Positions 52,206 to 57,958 of a DNA stretch of 57,958 nt are shown here, piece by piece. Made by a program: the position numbers and the translations under genes. This stretch comes from Bacilli bacterium. GTDB taxonomy: Bacteria > Bacillota_I > Bacilli_A > RF39 > UBA660. The notes below the pieces were generated by a model. The model worked only from the letters and a program-made list of their open reading frames with translations, searched no databases and was not told the DNA's origin. Each line of letters begins with the position of its first letter. Position 1 is the stretch's first letter. The stretch is taken from positions 1 through 57,958 of the forward strand of contig JBJEEB010000006.1 in NCBI GenBank assembly GCA_051872655.1. Direction: 5' to 3'.

Positions 52206-52748
52206 TTATTCTAATTTTATATATTCATTTATACCATATTTTTCATTTACTATATCATAGAATATATATGTATGAGGAGGATTATATGTTAGGTATATAA
52301 ATCCTATATATATAATTATTATTATTGGTACTGAGAGTGTATTTAACACTTTTAGTTTTTTTTCTTTTAATATGTTATAACTTACTATTTGACCTATTAT
52401 ATATACTATTATCATAAGAATTATGGATATAAATATATTTTCTCCAAATAGTTTATATAGTGGTATATATATTACTAGATATAGTGGTATTTGCATTAGA
52501 GGAATGAAATATGTATTAAATGAAAAATTATTATATTCAATATTATATTTTTTTAAAAGAATATATTCAATTAAACTATATATTAATGTTGAAGTGAATA
52601 GTATTTTCATATGTTCCCAAATGCTTTCATTTACTGGAAATATAAAAGAAAAGATTATGTTTGGACATACTTCATAGGCAAAGTGAGATATAAAAGATAG
52701 TATTGTTATAATAATTACTCCAAGTAATTTTATTTTCTTTAAGTTCAT
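52206..52748 (-). CDS. Membrane protein, DUF6512-like
   Basis: SHFAYE, PVNESIWEHMK, LTYNPP; multiple TM helices. Confidence 0.7.
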   Translation of the reverse strand: MNLKKIKLLGVIIITILSFISHFAYEVCPNIIFSFIFPVNESIWEHMKILFTSTLIYSLIEYILLKKYNIEYNNFSFNTYFIPLMQIPLYLVIYIPLYKLFGENIFISIILMIIVYIIGQIVSYNILKEKKLKVLNTLSVPIIIIIYIGFIYLTYNPPHTYIFYDIVNEKYGINEYIKLE

Positions 52749-52807
52749 GTTATTACTCCTTTATTTATTATATTATTATTATGGTTAAATATTAAAAAAA
52801 TATAGGA

Positions 52808-52867
52808 TAATTTTAGAGACTATTTTAGGCTCTAAAATTACTTTATGAAGACCTTAGGCTTCATAAA
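52808..52867 (+). other. Twin-hairpin element, copy 3
   Basis: TAATTTTAGAG-ACTATTTTAGG-CTCTAAAATTA, c, TTTATGAAG-ACCTTAGG-CTTCATAAA. Confidence 0.78.
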
Positions 52868-52953
52868 CATCGAACTACTTTAGTGTGAGATGAAAAAATA
52901 ATAAATACCTTTATTTTTATGTGTTTTTTTAGTATAATATATATTGTGGTAAT

Positions 52954-54201
52954 ATGAAAAAAAGTTATATATTTATAGGTATATTTTTAATATTTATAAT
53001 AGTTATTACAGTAATAGGTAGTATTATAGTTACTGGTAATGTTAAAGTTACTGAAGATAAAGATATTTTAACTATACAGAGTAATAAAGAAGTATATTTT
53101 AAACCTTATGGTTATAGTATAGATAATCCTAATATTATTGTTAATCCTTATGGTAATAGTCCTCTTACCGCTATTGCTATGTTTGAAACTAGTAATTATA
53201 GTGAAGTATCTATTAAAATATTAAGTAAAGATGGTAATAGTGATATATTTTATACTTTTGCTAAGGATAAGTATCACTTAATTCCTATATATGGATTATA
53301 TGCTGATTATGATAATACAATAATTTTATCTAGTGAAGGTAAAGAAAAAGTTATTAATATTAAAACAGATAGTTTACCTGAAGATTTTACTTATGTTGAT
53401 AATGGTACTAGTGGTAATTTTATGTTTTATAATAGTAATTATCCATATGCTATTGATAATAATGGTGAAGTAAGATGGTATCTTAATAGTAATTATTATG
53501 GTAATATTAGTCTAATGGATAATTCCACTATTATCATTGGTAGTAATAGATATAATGAAGAGGGAAGAACTATATCTTTTTATGAAATAAATTTACTTGG
53601 TAAGATTTATAATGAGTATATTATGAATAATGATTATTATGGCTATAATACTATAATAGAAGGTAATGCAGTGGTACTAAGTAATAAGGTAATGCTTATC
53701 GATTTGCAAACAGGAGAAGTTAAGAGAGAATATTTTAATAATGATGGATATGACTATGTTGATAATGTTGATGGAGATATTGTAGTTAGAAAAGATAATA
53801 TTTATTATAAATTTACAGACAATGAATTAAAAGAAACTTCTTATGATAATGTGAACAAAGAATATAGTTTTTATAATAATACTGTTAATTATAGTATAAT
53901 ACCTTCAAGTAGGTATGGTAGTCTACTGGAGACTAAGAAAAGTGATAAAAGAATATCTCTTATTAACTATGATAAGAATGATGATCTTAATATACTCTTA
54001 AAAAAAGAAATAGATAGAATTTTAGTAACTAATAATAATGAAGATAATATATATATTATTCTAGATAAATTTTTAGATAAGAGAGTATATGAGGTATCTG
54101 ATACTTTGTATATTAATGATACTAGTTTAAGTGGAAAATATACAGTTTATGTTAAGATAAAAGATAGACTATATAAGACTGACTATTATATTGAGGTGTA
54201 A
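52954..54201 (+). CDS. Membrane-anchored protein with an arylsulfotransferase-type N-terminal Ig-like domain
   Basis: NPYGNSPLTA, H.IPIYGLY, IDNNGEVRWY, EINLLGK. Confidence 0.7.
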   Translation: MKKSYIFIGIFLIFIIVITVIGSIIVTGNVKVTEDKDILTIQSNKEVYFKPYGYSIDNPNIIVNPYGNSPLTAIAMFETSNYSEVSIKILSKDGNSDIFYTFAKDKYHLIPIYGLYADYDNTIILSSEGKEKVINIKTDSLPEDFTYVDNGTSGNFMFYNSNYPYAIDNNGEVRWYLNSNYYGNISLMDNSTIIIGSNRYNEEGRTISFYEINLLGKIYNEYIMNNDYYGYNTIIEGNAVVLSNKVMLIDLQTGEVKREYFNNDGYDYVDNVDGDIVVRKDNIYYKFTDNELKETSYDNVNKEYSFYNNTVNYSIIPSSRYGSLLETKKSDKRISLINYDKNDDLNILLKKEIDRILVTNNNEDNIYIILDKFLDKRVYEVSDTLYINDTSLSGKYTVYVKIKDRLYKTDYYIEV

Positions 54202-54202
54202 A

Positions 54203-55420
54203 ATGGATAGAATTATTTTACATATTGATGTTAATAATGCTTTTCTTAGTTGGTCCGCTGTATGGATGCTTAAAAATGGATATAATAAAGATATTCGTAA
54301 TAGATATGCTGTTATTGCAGGGGATGAATCTCAAAGGAGAGGTATTGTTTTAGCTAAGAGCGGATTATGCAAGAAAAGAGGAGTAAAAACAGCAGATCCT
54401 ATTTATTTAGCTAGAAGAAAATGTCCATATTTAGAGGTGTATCCTCCTAAATTTGGAGTATATAAGAAATTTTCTGATATGATGTATAAATATTTATGTA
54501 ATTATACAAATATTATTGAGAGATATTCAATTGATGAATGTTTTCTTGATTATACAGGTAGTATTAATTTGTTTGGTGATCCAGTAAAGGTCGCCTACAG
54601 GATTAAGGATGATATTTATAAAAAATTTGGTTTTACTGTTAATGTTGGAGTAGGCAATAATAAGTTACTTGCTAAGATGGCATCAGATTTTGAGAAACCT
54701 AATAAGGTGCATACTCTTTTTAGTAATGAGATTGAAAAGAAGATGTTTCCATTACCAATAGAAGATTTGTTTATGATAGGTAAGGCAAGTAGTAAGAAAC
54801 TTAGGGAGATGGGAATTACTACTATTGGTGAACTAGCTAAAACTGATGAAGATGTTCTTGTTAAGAAATTTAAGCAAATGGGTAAAATGATGCATGAATA
54901 TGCTAATGGTATTGATAATAGTGAAGTTATGTATGAAAGAGAACAGGTAAAGAGTATTTCTAATTCAACTGTACTTCCTTATAATTACCATGATATAGAA
55001 ATGATAAAGAATGTTATTCATAGTTTGTCTAATGAAATAGGTAAAAAATTAAGAAACAATAAATTGTATGCTGATACTGTAGGTATTTGGTTTAAATATA
55101 CTTATTTTGATAAAGTTAGTAGACAAATAAAATTAGATAATAGTATCTCAAATGATGAAGATATATATAGTAATGCTTTTAGTATTTTTAATAGTATTTG
55201 GAATCATGAAGATGGTATTAGAAGTATATGTGTGTTTGTAAGTGGGTTATCTAGTGAGAGAAAACTACAATTATCTTTATTTGATGATATAACTAGGAAA
55301 GATGAAGATGATAATAATCTTCAAGATGTTATTGATGATTTAAGAGATAAATTTGGAGATAATGTAATTGGGTTTGCTAATAAAAAAAATGATAAAAATA
55401 CTGATAGTTCTAACTATTAA
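54203..55420 (+). CDS. dinB: DNA polymerase IV (Y family)
   Basis: ILHIDVNNAF, YSIDE, LAKMASD.KP, QLSLF clamp-binding motif. Confidence 0.92.
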   Translation: MDRIILHIDVNNAFLSWSAVWMLKNGYNKDIRNRYAVIAGDESQRRGIVLAKSGLCKKRGVKTADPIYLARRKCPYLEVYPPKFGVYKKFSDMMYKYLCNYTNIIERYSIDECFLDYTGSINLFGDPVKVAYRIKDDIYKKFGFTVNVGVGNNKLLAKMASDFEKPNKVHTLFSNEIEKKMFPLPIEDLFMIGKASSKKLREMGITTIGELAKTDEDVLVKKFKQMGKMMHEYANGIDNSEVMYEREQVKSISNSTVLPYNYHDIEMIKNVIHSLSNEIGKKLRNNKLYADTVGIWFKYTYFDKVSRQIKLDNSISNDEDIYSNAFSIFNSIWNHEDGIRSICVFVSGLSSERKLQLSLFDDITRKDEDDNNLQDVIDDLRDKFGDNVIGFANKKNDKNTDSSNY

Positions 55421-55457
55421 AAGTGTCAGATGAAAATTAAGATAGGAGATAATAATA

Positions 55458-57620
55458 ATGAATACAGAAATAATAAATGAAATTAGTGAAAATTTAAATA
55501 TTAAAAAGGAAGGTATTGAGGCAGTACTTAAGTTACTTGAAGATGGTAATACTGTTCCTTTTATAGCTAGATATAGAAAAGAAGCTACTGGAGCTTTAAA
55601 TGAAGAGCAGATTAGAAGTATTAATGAATGTTATGAATATCAAATTAATCTTTTAAAGAGGAAAGAGGATGTTATTAGATTAATTGATGAGAAAGGGTTA
55701 CTTACTGAAGAACTTAGAAATAGTATCATGAATGCTTCTAAACTTGTTGAAGTTGAAGATATATATAGACCTTATAAGGAAAAGAAAAAGACTAAAGCTA
55801 CAGAGGCTATTAAAAATGGGTTAGAACCTTTAGCTAAAATTATTATGTCTTTTAAAATGGTCGATATTAATAAAATTGCAGAATCTTATTTAAATGATAA
55901 TGTTAAGACGATAGATGAAGCAATTACTGGAGCTAGTTATATTATAGCGGAATGGATTAGTGATAATGCAAGTTATCGTAAATATATTAGGAACAATATG
56001 AATAATTATGGTATAATTCATAGTAGGTTAAAAAAGGATGCACATGATGAAAATAAAACCTATGAGATGTATTATGATTATGAAGAGAGGATAAAATTTA
56101 TTAAACCTCACAGAGTACTTGCTTTAAATAGAGGAGAAAAAGAAGGCATTTTAACAGTTAATATTGAAGTTGATTATGATTATATTATTTCTTATTTAGA
56201 AAATAAAATTATAAAAAATAATGATGTTATGTCTTCTGATATAGTAAAAGCCGCTATTAAGGATAGTTATAAGAGACTTATATTTCCTAGTATTGAAAGG
56301 GAAGTAAGAAGTGATTTAAAAGATATAGCTGAACAGTCCGCTATTGAAGTATTTGGTAATAATTTAGAAAAATTAATACTTACTCCTCCTATGAAAGATA
56401 TTACTGTTCTTGGATTTGATCCTGCATATAGAACTGGTTGTAAACTTGCAGTTGTAAGTCCTACATCAAGTGTACTTAATATTTCAGTTATATATCCACA
56501 TGAACCACATAATAAGTGGGAAGAATCTAAGAAGGTACTTAAGGATTTGTTTAAAAAGTATGATATTGATGTAGTAGCAATTGGTAATGGAACTGCTTCA
56601 AGAGAAAGTGAAAAACTAGTTGCTGAGGCTATTAGTGAATATAAAGATAAGAATATTAAGTATGTTATTGTAAGTGAAGCAGGGGCTAGTGTTTATTCTG
56701 CGAGTGATTTGGCTATTAAGGAATTTCCTGATTTAACTGTGGAAAAGAGAAGTGCTATTAGTATTGCAAGGAGACTTCAAGATCCTTTATCTGAACTTGT
56801 TAAGATTGATAGTAAAAGTATTGGTGTTGGGCAGTATCAACATGATGTAAATGAAAAGAAACTTGATGAATCTTTGGATTTTGTTGTTAGTAAATGTGTT
56901 AATAATGTTGGTGTTAATATTAATACTGCTAGTAGTTCTATTTTAAAGTATATTTCTGGACTTACTAAAACTACAATTGATAAAATTATTAATTATAGAG
57001 AAAAAAATGGTAAAATTATTTCAAGAGATAGACTTGTTAAAGATAAAGTTTTAAGTCCAAAGGTTTATGAACAATCAATAGGTTTTATGAGAGTAATTGA
57101 TGGTGATAATGTTATGGATGAGACTCCTATTCATCCTGAAAGTTATGGGGTAGCAATGAAAGTACTAAATGATTTATCTTGTACTGTTAAAGATATTGGA
57201 AAGGAAGAACTTTCTAAGAAGTTAGATAGTATTAATATTGAGATTTACTCTAAGGAACTTGGAGTGGACAAATATACTCTTGAGGATATTATTAAGTGTT
57301 TGAAGCAGCCCAATAGAGATTTTAGAGATGATTTTGAGAAACCTATACTTAAGAGTGATGTTCTTAATATTGAAGATTTAAAAGAAAATATGGAATTATC
57401 TGGTACTGTTAGGAATGTTGTTGATTTTGGAGCTTTTATTGATATTGGACTTCATGATGATGCACTTGTTCATATTTCTAAACTTACTGATAAATATATT
57501 AAACATCCTAGTGAAGTTGTCTCTGTAGGAGATATTGTAACTTGTTATGTTGAAAAAATTGATTTAGCAAAAAAAAGGGTAAGTCTTTCTTTGATTAATC
57601 CTAATATGGTTAAAAATTAG
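55458..57620 (+). CDS. tex: Tex family RNA-binding transcription accessory protein
   Basis: TVPFIARYRKE, DPAYRTGCK, EAGASVYSAS, C-terminal S1 domain. Confidence 0.95.
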   Translation: MNTEIINEISENLNIKKEGIEAVLKLLEDGNTVPFIARYRKEATGALNEEQIRSINECYEYQINLLKRKEDVIRLIDEKGLLTEELRNSIMNASKLVEVEDIYRPYKEKKKTKATEAIKNGLEPLAKIIMSFKMVDINKIAESYLNDNVKTIDEAITGASYIIAEWISDNASYRKYIRNNMNNYGIIHSRLKKDAHDENKTYEMYYDYEERIKFIKPHRVLALNRGEKEGILTVNIEVDYDYIISYLENKIIKNNDVMSSDIVKAAIKDSYKRLIFPSIEREVRSDLKDIAEQSAIEVFGNNLEKLILTPPMKDITVLGFDPAYRTGCKLAVVSPTSSVLNISVIYPHEPHNKWEESKKVLKDLFKKYDIDVVAIGNGTASRESEKLVAEAISEYKDKNIKYVIVSEAGASVYSASDLAIKEFPDLTVEKRSAISIARRLQDPLSELVKIDSKSIGVGQYQHDVNEKKLDESLDFVVSKCVNNVGVNINTASSSILKYISGLTKTTIDKIINYREKNGKIISRDRLVKDKVLSPKVYEQSIGFMRVIDGDNVMDETPIHPESYGVAMKVLNDLSCTVKDIGKEELSKKLDSINIEIYSKELGVDKYTLEDIIKCLKQPNRDFRDDFEKPILKSDVLNIEDLKENMELSGTVRNVVDFGAFIDIGLHDDALVHISKLTDKYIKHPSEVVSVGDIVTCYVEKIDLAKKRVSLSLINPNMVKN

Positions 57621-57680
57621 TCAAAAAATAGTGATTTTATGTAAAATAGTGTAATTTTATTAAAAAAATGCATAAAATAA

Positions 57681-57709
57681 TTGACAGATAGGCAATTTTA
57701 TAGTATCAT
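57681..57709 (+). promoter_or_regulatory. SigA promoter of tRNA-Gly
   Basis: TTGACA-N17-TATCAT. Confidence 0.7.
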
Positions 57710-57726
57710 TATTATTGCCTACTGAT

Positions 57727-57800
57727 GCAGATGTAGTTTAATGGTAGAACCTCAGCCTTCCAAGCTGACTGCGTGAGTTCGATTCTCATCATCTGCTCCA
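57727..57800 (+). tRNA. tRNA-Gly (TCC)
   Basis: GCAGATG/CATCTGC acceptor stem, anticodon arm TCAGC-CTTCCAA-GCTGA, GTTCGA T-loop, encoded CCA. Confidence 0.97.
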
Positions 57801-57902
57801 TTTATGAGAGTAAACAAACTTTTAGGTTTGTATAACATATAAAAGCCTAGTAAACCTTTGTATTTACTGGGTTTTTTGTTTGCCTAAAAGGAGCGTGATA
57901 AA

Positions 57903-57958
57903 ATGAATATTACTAGAAAAAACTTCCCTTTAGCACTAAAAGACAAGGTATTAGAAAA
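57903..57958 (+). CDS. Start of an ORF cut off by the window end
   Basis: AAGGAG RBS, then ATG MNITRKNFPLALKDKVLE, open to the edge. Confidence 0.45.
   Translation, partial: MNITRKNFPLALKDKVLE

Noticed and set aside
2975-52677. Short antisense or alternate-frame ORFs in the track (e.g. 2975-3223, 4001-4258, 6816-7181, 19412-19801, 25179-25580, 38575-38778, 52423-52677)
   Set aside because: They overlap well-supported genes, show no recognisable motifs and look like shadow ORFs
57814-57831. Hairpin ACAAAC-TTTTAG-GTTTGT as a fourth twin-hairpin copy
   Set aside because: Lacks the AG/CT closing pairs, the A.G mismatch register and an abutting second hairpin
1-57958. Mycoplasma-type genetic code (UGA=Trp) suggested by the low GC content
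   Set aside because: RF2 is present, genes such as tadA end in TGA, and long ORFs translate intact with the standard code

Overview
Very AT-rich, origin-proximal chromosome segment of a genome-reduced but apparently spore-forming member of the Bacilli. An RF39-like uncultured lineage is inferred from gene content and style. It uses the standard code: prfB and UGA stops are present. Almost all genes are on the + (leading) strand. Gene order: recF-gyrB-gyrA, a 73-nt SRP RNA, five clustered parS sites, tadA-dnaX-ybaB-recR-bofA-holB-yaaT-yabB-rsmI-pth-mfd, spoVT, an ABC exporter, a Met T-box leading dut-metG, tatD, a 3D-domain protein, spoIID-spoIIQ-spoIIID-mreB/mbl, rpiB, dusB, lysS, clpC, ychF, pepF, frameshifted prfB, ftsEX, dinB, tex and tRNA-Gly(TCC). 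Three Noc-type sites (ATTTCCCGGGAAAT) are present. Strongest unexplained signals: (1) a twin-hairpin element in three intergenic copies (20340, 45425, 52808) with different but complementary stems and a shared AG-AY-Yn-A-GG-CT apex; (2) a module of HTH gene, palindromic operator, DIP1984-like coiled-coil gene and a structured 3' RNA with period-7 TTAT repeats (22839-24075); (3) a HExxH protein with a prepilin-like GF-hydrophobic motif at its C-terminus; (4) a Met T-box that leads dUTPase first and has an atypical terminator; (5) an unlisted 55-aa membrane ORF. All family assignments come from motif recognition, not database searches.
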